Shown piece by piece: positions 24,206 through 36,300 of a stretch of 64,000 bases of DNA. The stretch spans positions 6,147,239-6,211,238 of the forward strand of contig OZ316893.1 in the NCBI GenBank assembly GCA_973895155.1, in the 5' to 3' direction. A program made the translations under genes and the position numbers. The notes beneath the pieces were generated by a model that saw nothing but the letters and a program-made list of their open reading frames with translations, had not been told where the DNA came from and made no database searches. The DNA comes from Marsupella aquatica. Its lineage: Eukaryota > Plantae > Marchantiophyta. Every line of letters begins with the position of its first letter. Position 1 is the stretch's first letter.

Positions 24206-25306
24206 ACTTCTAGAAACTATGTTAGTAATCACACAAAGGGGTACAATAAGTTCTACACATGCTAGAGTGTGGATAAAGGTCTAGATGGGTAGAATATATG
24301 ATCTAGAGCCTAATGTGTAAATATTAATCTAGGTTTGGCTCAAAGGTATTACATTTGATTCAGATAAAATTGATCTACTACTTCTAAGATAAATAAATAA
24401 AACCACTAACCTGCTCCACAAAATATATCTGCCCACCCTTGTACAAGCTGAATGGGTACCTAGCATGCCAACATTGTAACTCTTAGCACCATAGTGCTCA
24501 CCTGTGCCCTTACTAAACCATGCATTCAACCATGCGGACCTAAACAAGGCACTGACTCGAACAGAGGAGAGTCAGTGACCGTACCAAGCACTGTCTAAAT
24601 TATAATGAACCAAAAATGGATTGTGGGAGATCTATACTCACTTTTGAGAGGCAAAAATCCAGCACATTACCCGACACACGAGTGGACACCAACAGATCAC
24701 GCACGGGTGGATCACGCACGCACCCAGCACACAAGGTGGGTAACGGAGAGATCAGCCGATCAGGCACAAGTGATAGGTGAGTTGCGAGCGCACACTGCTG
24801 ACAACTTGCCAGTTGAAAGTTTAAATCGGACCTGAGATCAAGCGTGTCAGTGGTAGGTGAGTTGCGCTTTGGTGTACATCCGTAGGTGAGTCGTGAGTTG
24901 TCGGATGCAGCGTTGGCGCGCATTGATGGCTTTGTACGTACGTCTTCAATCCTTCCGTTGCCTCCTCACTCAAAGGGGGTATAGGAAGGCAGGCCTTGCG
25001 CTTGAGGCCTCATTTCCTTGCCTCCCTTTTCCCTCCTCTCTTTCCTCCTCTCCGGGCTCCTCTCTTGTCTCCTCACTCCCTGCCTCACTCTTGCCTCGCT
25101 CTTGGGCTTTTGTTTCCGCCTCGCTCTTGGGCTTTTGTTTTTGCCTCGCACTTGGGCGTTTGTTTGCGCCTTGCTCCCTTCCCTTTTGGGTTGCTCGCCC
25201 GGTCATTGTTTGCCTGGCCTGTTGGTTCCCTCTTAGTGCCCTCTTGTAGCCTGTGGCCTTCTCCTTTGCTGCCACATGTCATTTTAAATCTCACCCATCC
25301 GTTACA

Positions 25307-28300
25307 ATGTCTACTTCCTGTAGTTTTGGAGCTTCCACCACCTCTGCCAGTTATGGAGAGTCATTGAACTTCAATTATAACTCTGTGTATGAATATGACC
25401 CTGAAGACCCGGATGTCCAAAAATTGGTTAACAATGCGTTGGCGGCGTCAAAGAAAGCCCAATTAACTTTTCCACGTAAGGCACCACCTACTGGCGAGGC
25501 AACTTTACTTTAATTTGGATTCCTCAATAGGAAAGTTTTCTATATTACTTTTGTAGCCGCCTCGCCCCGAGGTCGAGGCGACATCTACTTCATTATAGAT
25601 TTCTTGTTGCTCCGAGGGCGTAATGGATGTTGTCTCTTACTTTAATCAAGGATCTTTAGCTATATTCCATTTTGTGCCTCGCTCTCAGGGTGAGCCAATC
25701 TCTATTTCATTATGGAAACTTTAGTTATATTCTATTTGTTGCCTCGCCCCAAGGGTGAGGCGATGTCATATGCATTCCTAATATTTGATTGTTTGGATGG
25801 GGTGGCCGGGCTAATATCACCAGTAGCAAAGAAGCTTTTGCAAACTTCTATTTGTCGCCTCGCCCCAAGGGCGAGGCACCTTCAAAGTTTTCCATATTCA
25901 ATGTTAAAAATATGATGTTGACCATTTTGTTTTCAATGTTTCTTATCAGGAAATAATCTTGAGAAGCCGGAGTTAAATATTATGGACGAGGATATCAAGG
26001 ACTTTGTTTTCCTTGGCCAAGATACTCCAGGATTTAGATGGGCACTAGAAGTTGGGGTGTCGGCGGAAGGTAGTCTCTTGATTTGTTTCAAGGGCCTCAC
26101 AAGTCAATCATTGAATGACCGCAAGACAATTGTTACTCTAGGTCCAGTCGTCCTTGTGAACACAGACAACAACCGTAATGCAACAATTATTGTTGAGTCC
26201 AGTGAGAAATCCCAGTGGATGAGACTTCTTGTGCCAATAAAACTCTACTCAACTTTACTTAATGTTGAGTGGATGGCTCGATTGGAGATAAGCGTAGCTG
26301 ATATGGGATTCTTCCCGGATGGGGTAACAATTGATCAGATGTTTGAGAAGACTCGTTCTCAAATAAGTGGAGTTGACCTGGTGTTTGGATTTCTATATGT
26401 AAAGAAGCACATGCATGACAATGCAGACAGTGTGGACCCTCCGTCTACTTGGAGAGTTCAAAGGATGATTGAGAAGGCACATTTCTCATATGAGCAGGCA
26501 ATCGACAAGAGTTTCATTTTTTGTCGGACAGAGTTTCAAGAGGCCGCATGCCGGACGTGGATTTTAGAGATGAAGAAAAAAGAAGCAAAGCATAAGGCAA
26601 AAGAGAGAAAGAAGACAGTGGAAAGAAGCGCGCAATCAAAGACAGAGAAGAAACGGAAGCTTCGAGAGCCAGTTGTTCAAGAAGAGAAACAATCTGGGAC
26701 TTCACGCCGTAAGAAGATGGCTTCAAAAAAGGATGACGATGAGGGTCCAAAGAAAAATCAGACAAAGAAGGCAAAGGTTGCAAGATCAAAACCAATGCGA
26801 GCGTCAACATCAAACTTTGTCTTGCATCCAGAGGATGATAGGTGTCCAACAGAAGGACCCGAAGAAGATGATGTGCTCAAAGGCCAAGAAGTTTTGCGTA
26901 ATATTGAGAAATATTATACTTTTGGCATCCGCAAAAATTTTGATATTCCTGTCAAAAGTATTATTCCGCCATCGGCCGTTTTCGTATATCGAATGTTCAA
27001 TCATTCGCATGCAATGGAGATATCCAAGTCTATGATGAAAAACCCTGGACAGGATCCACAAGTTGCTGATTTGATTCCGTATCGCGAGAGCACTCAACAG
27101 TTGCTTCATTATGACAACACACCTCAAGATAGGAAAGAGTTTTTGATTGGTGTGAAGAAGCAGGAGATCCAATTCCTTGCCATCAGTGGCCAGCATTCTG
27201 CAAGAGCTGCCCAATGGATCCAAGGGTGGGCCGACACTGATGCCAAGTTGACAGATCTAGCCAACAAACTAAAGTATAGGAAAGCAAGGATCCTATCTAA
27301 CCTCACTCCAAAGACAATTTTGGTTGAGCATTCAAGTTTATCGAACGCTGTGAATAATACTATGCAATTTAAATCTTGTTTTTTAGAGACTATTGTTCAT
27401 GCAAGAAGGCAATTTGAGGAGTGCGGGAAATCGTCACGTCCAGGGATTGGGACCAATCAAAATACAGACAGGAAAAACTATCAGGAACATTTTTGAGCAA
27501 GGCAATCTATTCTTGATTCCCTTTGATTAAAGATTGGGGTAGAGGTTTGCCTCGCCCTTAGGGCAAGGCTACCTTGTCTTGTTTTCCTTGGTTAGAAGAT
27601 TAAAGAAAATGATTGCCTTGCCCTGAGGCGAGGCAACCTGGACTAGTCTCTCTAAGAATATTGCTTGAGTTCCATTTATGTCAATTGCGGTGGGATGCAG
27701 AAGTTTGCCTCGCCCTTAGGGCAAAGCGGCCTAGCCCGTTTTAAACATCTAGATATAAACTTTCTACCATATGCATTGTACCCTGAAACTAATGTCAAGT
27801 CCATTGGATATGCAAAATTGGTTTGCCCTGGCAAAGGTCACAATGGGGAAGTCAAGCCTGAAGAGCATTTACTGGTTACTTTTTGCCAAGGATGAGCTCT
27901 TTGAATTATGGCGGAATGTGTGTGGAGAATGGTTGAGTGGGAAGCTCCAAGACGGCGCTGGTGGGTATGGAGGGCCAAGACCCCCAAAATCGATCGTTCT
28001 CGGTACCTTTCGATGCTTTGAAGGAGAGATTAGTAGTGAACAAATAATTGACATCTTGAAGGACATTCAAGAGGAGCGTGCCTTGATGAAGAAGGATATC
28101 ACCAACAAATTAGAGCTTGTCGCAATGGGAGACTTGGCACTTACAATCAAGATAATGTCCAAACTGAAAACTATCATTATTGGCTATTTTGTGGAAAAGT
28201 ATCGTGAGAAGTTTCCTGTTGGCACATCTTGGGAGTCTCTAGTGACGTTGTTGACTTCCTTGAAATCTGAGCTTGAGATGACGAAGTTGAGGAGAGCAGC

Positions 28301-28505
28301 GGGTGAGGTTTACCTCAACAATTTGTTGAAGAAGAACGTGGTCAATGAGAGTTTCCCGCAAAGTCTGATGGTCAGACTAGATGGGTTGTATTGTAAAGAA
28401 TTTGGTGGGATTAGTCGTTCCCGCATGGAGCCTTTCTTGACATTTTTTAGTGATAATTTGATGAAGACGACCAGGCCAGAGATGCTACAAGAGCCTTCGC
28501 CTTAA
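25307..28505 (+). CDS. Spliced second gene of element S1 with a ParB/Sulfiredoxin-like domain (probably damaged or truncated)
   Basis: Exon 25307-~25475 (GTAAG donor), TTATCAG acceptor at 25949, 504-aa ORF 25982-27496 containing FDIPVKSIIPP..YRMFN..EISKSMMKNPG..FLAISGQHSARAA..KARI..LSN, and a further exon ~27750-28505. The donor of intron 2 is not canonical. Confidence 0.6.
25559..25877. repeat. Intron 1 array of 21-bp GCCTCGCCC-N3-GGGCGAGGC palindromes
   Basis: Copies at 25559, 25676, 25741, 25857 plus degenerate ones in between. Confidence 0.85.
27549..27727. repeat. Intron 2 array of the same GCCTCGCCC palindrome
   Basis: Copies at 27549, 27615, 27707. Confidence 0.85.
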
Positions 28506-30355
28506 TTTGTGTCCTCTTGCCATTGTTGACTTCAGTAGGCTCCGACAACATGTTTGGAACATGATTTCGGACCAAACGAGAACTATTTCCTCTAAACGAG
28601 AAGTGTATTTTTATTTTCCGCCGAATCTCGCAAAATTGGCAGTTTTTTTCATCAAAAACGCGTTTTTGGGGAAATAATGTAATTCGTATCGGAGTTCGGA
28701 TTGAAACAACAAATTTAATAATGATCAAAACCAATGAAATTCATGCTAACAAACAGTCATATTATCAAGGAACAATTAGATCCGAAAAAATTTCTCCTCG
28801 ACCTCATATTCACGCTCTCCGAAGATATATGAAAGGTCTTATCTATAAATCCATATCCATGTTTCGAGCCAAGTGCGATAACTGTATCGGACTCCGGATT
28901 TGAGCCACGAAAACTCCGACCCAATCTCAGGTTTCTCAGTTTTTGGATATTTACCAAAAATATTTTACATCACAGTCGATAAGAATTACTGCACGGTTCG
29001 TCAAATTTACCTTGCAGTTACCTCCGCAATTGACCAGTTACCTCCGCAAGTGACCATAGTCAACATGCCATTCTTTCAACAGCAATGCGCAGTCCGATAA
29101 AATTATCGCGAAAAGTACGGGCGACAAAAATACTAGTCGACAATACTAAGATCCTTCGGTTCATCGGTTAAATTTCAAAATTCCTATCCATATGAAGAAA
29201 ACTCTTCGCAATACCAACATCAGATAAATTTATCGCTTCAATTTCAAAATTGCAACTTCCATATGAAGGAACCACTTTTGCAATACCAACATCCACTAGT
29301 AGAAAAAAATGTATTTTATGACGGAAACAATGACTATTAATCAGGTCTTTTTAACAAAACAATGACGCAATCGTTCTCGTCTTTCCAGACGCGTCACAAC
29401 AGACATTTTGGTCACGGTCCTTTTGGACAAATGACGCTAAAAACATGTGGTCATTTCATACTATCCTAAATGACAGTTTTTATGATATGGTCATAAATGC
29501 TGAACGGTCCAAAATGACGACACAAATCACCATCGACGGTCAATTGCCGTTGACCGTCGACGGTCCCCGTACCCAATCACACAACGACACGTGGCAATCA
29601 AAAACAAATAACATTGGTCATTTTGGACTTGTCCAAAATGACATACATTATATAACAAATCAAATAGTGACACATGGTTCAAAGAGTATTCACCATTTGG
29701 CAATATATTTGCGTCATTTTAGACGTGTCCAAAATGACTACGATATAAACAAGTCATATTGAGACACGTGGTTCAATTGGGAGGAGGCACGTAAAGATAC
29801 ACATTAGTCATTAATGACATGTCTTGAATGACATAAAGTGAGTCATAGTGGACTTGTTTATAATGACCATGAGAACGGTCATTGAATATGTCATTCTTTG
29901 AATCATTTAGTCTATGTCTTTAATGACCAGAGTTGAGTCATATTGGTCACAAAGATAGTTGTGGATAATGACCATTACATCAGTCATTCTAGCCAGTCAT
30001 TCAGGTGAAGTATTCAATGATTTGGAGAAATTCAAATTTAAGTGATCATGATAGATAAAACTTCATGTCAATCAAAAATCATACATTACAAAGCCATTCA
30101 ATAGATTTGCTGAATGAAAACTTAAAGAAACATTCTATATATATCACAAATCCAATTGACATTCATACAAGATACCTTCATAAGTCTCACAGTAACTATT
30201 GAACTCAATGCAAATTTATGAAACAAAATTACATTGACATCAATAATATTAGATTGTCAATTGTTACAACCTGACATACCAATCACTTTGCATGTTTATA
30301 GAAAAACAGAGCTGTCATTCTATCATGTCTAGTGTTTCTTGACAGAGTGCTATTT

Positions 30356-33300
30356 CTATTGCTTCTTAAGCAATCTAGAGTTCCATAGGGCATTCATCCC
30401 TTTCACATCAGATAATTTAGACTGGTTCTCCCCTGCATTGGCAAATGGCAATGCCACATCTACAAACACTTCAATCACACGCACTCGCAAGAAAGGGCTT
30501 TCAAAATCTGCACAATGAAACTTATCTTCTCCTGGCAGCCCTGTCACCTCACCTTCTGCCACTATCATGGAATTGTCCACAACGCTCTTCATCTTCACCA
30601 AATCTCCTCTTGCAAACTGTGAACAACACATTTTGTTAAAAATGCAATAAACAGAAATTGAAAGATAGAAGAACACTCAAATCAAACACACATTTACCTT
30701 TGCAATGGGGTTAGGAGACTGCATTGGTTTCTTCTGTGCAGGTGATGCATTTGCTGAGGATCCTTTCTTCCTTTTCTTCTTTCCCTTTCTAGTTGATGGA
30801 GTGTCATCCTGCTCACTTGGAATAGGAGTTTCTTTTGGCAACTCAGATGATTCTGGGGTTACATCTGGTGTCAACTGATTTGACTTATCCTCTGGCAACT
30901 GAAAGGCATCTGAAATGGCTTCATTGGGCAACTTAGATGGCAAAAGGTTCACTTCCAATTCAGTTTGCTTCAGAGAACTGTTAGCTGTGTCAGTTGGTCT
31001 TCCCTGCGACACAGGAGGCTCCCCTAAAGATGTTGTCATAAAACACACACAAAAGAAATGCATAAACAAACATGTATACACCAGCAACATATAATCACAC
31101 TAAAAACATGCAAGTGTTGTAAACCCTAGTTTACCCCTTAACCATAGGGCGAGAACCCTTAACCATAGTATGAGAACTCCTAACCATAGGACCAGTATAA
31201 GGGCATTTGCCTACCATGTAACCAAGGGGATATATATATCCCCTCATCAATAGTAATGGATCTTATCTTGTTGGAGTATCTTTGAGCGTTCCTTTAGTTG
31301 TCTATTACAACACGTTATCAGCACGAGCCAGTCTCTAAAATCATTTTTTTTCAAGCAGATGCAATCGAGTTTTACACGAGGAGAATGCTCGTAAAGTGGC
31401 ATTTTTTTTAGAAACTGCCATAACCGTTTTTTTTTTCTTGGTCTCCATTCTTTTGCCTCAGAGTTGAATTTTTTTTACAAAACACGAAATTTCACATAGA
31501 GCATCAATTCGGGACCAGCATATCGAGAGTCCAAAGGACTAATACTTTATTGGCATGATTGAAAGCTCCCTCAGCTCCATATACAAGCTTCCAACCGGTC
31601 AATTGTACAATCGAGATACTTCACTCGATTCAATCTTCACCAAAGTTCTTAAATCAACTGACATCCCGAATAATGAATACAGTCGAAAAATTATTATGGC
31701 CAGCACTTAAAGTCGACGGATCCAACTATTTGACGTGGATCACAGATGTCGAAACTTACTTTACATCACAAGACCTTGAAGACACCTTAGATACCGACAT
31801 CGATGTCACGCTCAAACAAAAGGCTAAGGCAGCGTTTCTACTCAGGCAACATCTAACCCCTCAACTAAAGAATGAGTATATGAACGAAATTAATCCAAGA
31901 AAACTATGGGATCTCCTCAAAGCCCGATTTGATCATATGAGGGAGATATGGCTCCCAGAGGCAAGAAGGGATTGGCATAACCTGCGCGTCATGGACCACA
32001 CCACAATTGCCAATTACAATAGCGCACTGTGCAGAATTACATCTCAATTAGAAATGTGTGGACATCCAATAAATGACATAGATAGAATCGATAAGACACT
32101 ATCGACATTCCCTGAATCTAATATCACATTAGGTACACAATATAGGAACATGCGTTTCACTAAGTACTCAGATCTGATTGCTCACTTACTTGTGGAAGAG
32201 AAGCAACAGATCGTGGCCTTGCAAAACGCCAGAAAGCGCCCAGCAGGATCAGACCCCCCACCACATCGACCTGAAACCCACTACACCAATTATGAAGACA
32301 AACAACGAGGAAATTACCGGGGCGGACGAACTCAATTCAGAGGCGGAAGAAACCAATTCAGGGGCGGGAGAAATCAATTCAGAGGACAAGGCAAACCTTA
32401 TAACCGACCCTCCGGATCCAATAACACGTGGCGCAGAGGCACCATGAATAATAGAGGAAGAGGACGAAGCAACCAATACGACACTGCAAACAATTCCCAG
32501 AAAATGTGTTACCGATGTGGCAAAATTGGCCACATTAGAAACGCATGTGCAGCCACAGAACAAGAGGCCCACAGATACATAAACGACAGAAATAAGTCCA
32601 GACAAAACCCCCAAGGACATTATATGGAGATAGAAGAAGAATTGATTGCCTCTCAGAGAGAAGAAACACAAGAACAGATAGAAGTACATACCTCTCTTAC
32701 TGACTGGAAATACCCGACATTAGACGACCCCGATACGGGCATCATCGACAGCGGAACCTCACATACTATCTTAAAACACAGCAAGTATTTCGAGGCCATC
32801 ACCCCATCATCCCGCGCTATCACCACCATAGCAGGACTTAATCATATAGAAGAAGGCAAAGGACGAGCCACATTTATACTACCAGGAGGAACTAAAATCA
32901 CCGTGAAGTCAGCAATTTATGCCCCGAAAGCAACCCGAAACCTCATCAGCTTCCAGGATATCAGATCCAATAACCTCCAACTGCGCACGAATACTCAGGG
33001 CAAAACAGAGACATTACAGATCATACAAGACATACAGGGTAAGCCATCCATTAAAGAAACATTTGCATTGATCCCCCCAGGCCTATACGCAACCAGTATC
33101 CAAACATTCCATATACACCAAGAATCAGAGGATATGACATACATCTGGCACTGTCGACTGGGCCACCCGGGTACCACTATGTACAACAGGATTATAAGGG
33201 ACTCCAAAGGAATCCCCAAGACAGTCAAGCCAAAGGTAAAAACAGCCTGCATAGCGTGCTCACAAGGAAAAATGACCATACGACCATCAATACCAAAAAC

Positions 33301-36300
33301 AATATTTTCAATACCACAGTTCCTAGAGCAGATCAATGCAGATATCTGCGGACCTATAGACCCCCCGAGCGGCCCTTTCAAATATTTCCTGGTAATCATC
33401 GACTCATCAACTAAATGGCTGCAGATTTCATTGCTATCTACCCGCAACTTGGCATTTGCGCGGATCTTAGCACATATTCTTAAATTAAGAGCACAGTTCC
33501 CAGAGTATCCTACAAGAAGATTAAGAGTAGATGGAGCTGGCGAGTTCACATCAAGAACATTCGACGACTTTTGCTGGGCAGCGGGCATCGATACTCAATA
33601 TCCAGTTCCCCACGTTCATTTTCAGAACGGTATAGCTGAGTCGGTTATTAAGAGACTTCAAATGGTGGCAAGACCACTGTTAATGAAGTCAAACTTACCC
33701 ACATCAGCATGGGGACATGCCATCCTTCACGCAGCTGCACTAATCCAATATAGACCGTCAGCATATAACTCTAAGACACCATACCACCTGGCGTTCGGCA
33801 TACCACCGGACCTGTCCCACCTACGCGTTTTCGGATGCCAGGTAATGGTGCCTATCTTAGGACCAAAGAGAACAAAACTCGGACCCCAACGGAATGCAGG
33901 TATCTATGTTGGGTTTGACTCTACTTCGATCATTAGATACCTTGAACCGACTACGGCAGACCTGTTCAAGGCAAGACATCAGGACTGCCATTTTTATGAA
34001 GATCAATTCCCACAGCTCACGAATACAGCATCAACACAATCCAAGGACACAACGAAAATGCCCATAAATTGGAAAGCAGACCAAAACAGAAATGACCCCA
34101 GAACCAAGCAGGCAGACGAAGAAGTCAGAAGACTTCTCCACCTACATGAAATGCTCGAAAAGATTCCAGACTCATTTAACGACGCTGCAAATGTCACAAG
34201 ATCCCACAACTTAGCAGCTAATGCGCCATCGCGAGTACAAACCTCCTCGACACCGGCCAATGTAACAGCCCCCAGAGCAAAGCGAGGCAGACCACCAGGG
34301 ATCAAGGACTCCCAGCCTCGCCAACGTAAAACTCCAGCAGCAAACTTGGGTACACCCGCGCTGGAACCAGCGATCACACTTAACGTGACAGCGATAAATC
34401 AAAACGACCCACTGAGTGAAGAAAACGAGGAAATGTCAATCACATACATGCAAACAGGTAACATATATAAACGACTGACAACCCAAATTGATGAACAATT
34501 TGCCTATAACGTAATACAGGAAATCACCAACGATATTCCTGATCCGCTCACTATAAACGAGGCAAAGAAACAACCAGATTGGCCAAAGTGGCAAGCAGCA
34601 ATACATACCGAGATGGACGCCCTCATCAAGCGACAAGTATTCGGACCATTTAAAATGGCATTACCAGGTACACATTACACCGACTCTCGATTTACATTCT
34701 TGAAAAAACGAAATGAGAAAGGCATAGTAGTAAGATATCGAGCCCGGCTAGTAGCCAAAGGCTACACACAAATCCCGGGCAGGGACTACGATTTAACATA
34801 CTCACCAGTAATGGACGCTACTACATATCGCTATCTCACAGCACATTCAGTCCACCATAAACTGGTTAATAACCTTATGGACGTGGTAACCGCGTACCTT
34901 TACGGCACACTCGATACTGAGATATACATGACTGCCCCCCCGGAACTGATAGAGAGGGTCAAGCAGCACATTCAGGGGGAGACGTCCCAGAACCTGAATA
35001 CAGAGATTAAAAAGGGCATCAGCCACATAATACCTGATGGGGATACAAAGGCCCTCTTGATGCAAAGTGGAAATACACAGGCAATGCATACCAGAGGAAA
35101 GAAATTAACAACAAAACTTACAGTCCAAGTGTTACGTTCCATCAACGGACTTAAACAGAGCGGCAGAATCTGGTATCAGAAATTCCAGACAGAGATGCTC
35201 GCCCTCGGATTTACAAATAGCGGACTGGCCCCCTGCATCTTCATCAAAAAGCATATGGACGAAGTCCTGATACTAGCACTGTACGTGGACGATGTGAACT
35301 TATTCGGGACTAAACAGATGATGAAAGACACAATACATACACTGAAAGGAGTCTTCGAGATGAAGGACCTTGGAAGACCCAACCACTGCCTAGGCCTGCA
35401 GATCGAACACTTAGAAACAGGCATATTCCTTTACCAATCGACATACACGCAGAAGATACTTCATCAATTCAACATGCAGAAATCCTACCCTGTCTCCACC
35501 CCGATGGAACTCAGATCTCTAGACCCGATCAAAGATATGTTTCGGAAGCGCCAAGAAGACGAACCCATACTGGGATCAGAAAAACCGTACCTATCAGCGG
35601 TGGGCGCCCTTATGTATCTAGCGAACCAGACGAGACCTGACATATCGTTCGCCGTCAGTCTCTTAGCGAGACACAGCGCACAGCCCACCATCAGGCATTG
35701 GAACGGCATCAAGAGGATCATGAGATACCTACAAGGGACGATCGACCTTGGACTATTCTTTCCTAAGAATAGCCCCGATACGCTTACCGGTTACACTGAT
35801 GCCGGCTACCTGTCGGACCCCCAGGACTCCAAATCACAGACTGGGTACGTGTTCTTACAGGGGACGACAGCAATATCTTGGCGAAGTTCAAAGCAAACGA
35901 TGACCACAACGTCATCCAACCACTCGGAAATCATAGCGTTATACGAGGCGTGCAGAGAAGCTGTATGGCTACGAAGCATTATCAATCATATTAGGTCCAG
36001 CACCGGTAAACCACAGATAACAGAGCCAACCACAATCTACGAAGACAATAAGGCGTGTATCGACCAGATAACCAACGGAATCCTGAAGACCGAGAGGACC
36101 AAGCATATTGACCCCAAGTATTTCTTCACGCAAGAACAACAAGGGAAAAGTATCAATGTTGCATGGATCAAATCTCAGGACAATCGAGCAGACATGTTTA
36201 CGAAACCACTACCAGCCGGATTGCACAGAGCGCACCTCGAAGGCATAGGCATGAGCAGATTGTCCACGATCAAGCCCACCTCATAACACTGAAGCTCGAA

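Noticed and set aside
24893-25294. Overlapping ORFs on both strands
   Set aside because: Pyrimidine-rich 5' UTR-like repeats of the ParB-like gene; compositional artefacts.
28540-29293. TE-like non-coding tract truncating the ParB-like gene
   Set aside because: No termini or TSD could be defined; left unassigned.
32178-35721. Antisense and alternative-frame ORFs within the copia polyproteins (also 9846-13783)
   Set aside because: Shadows of the long coding frames.
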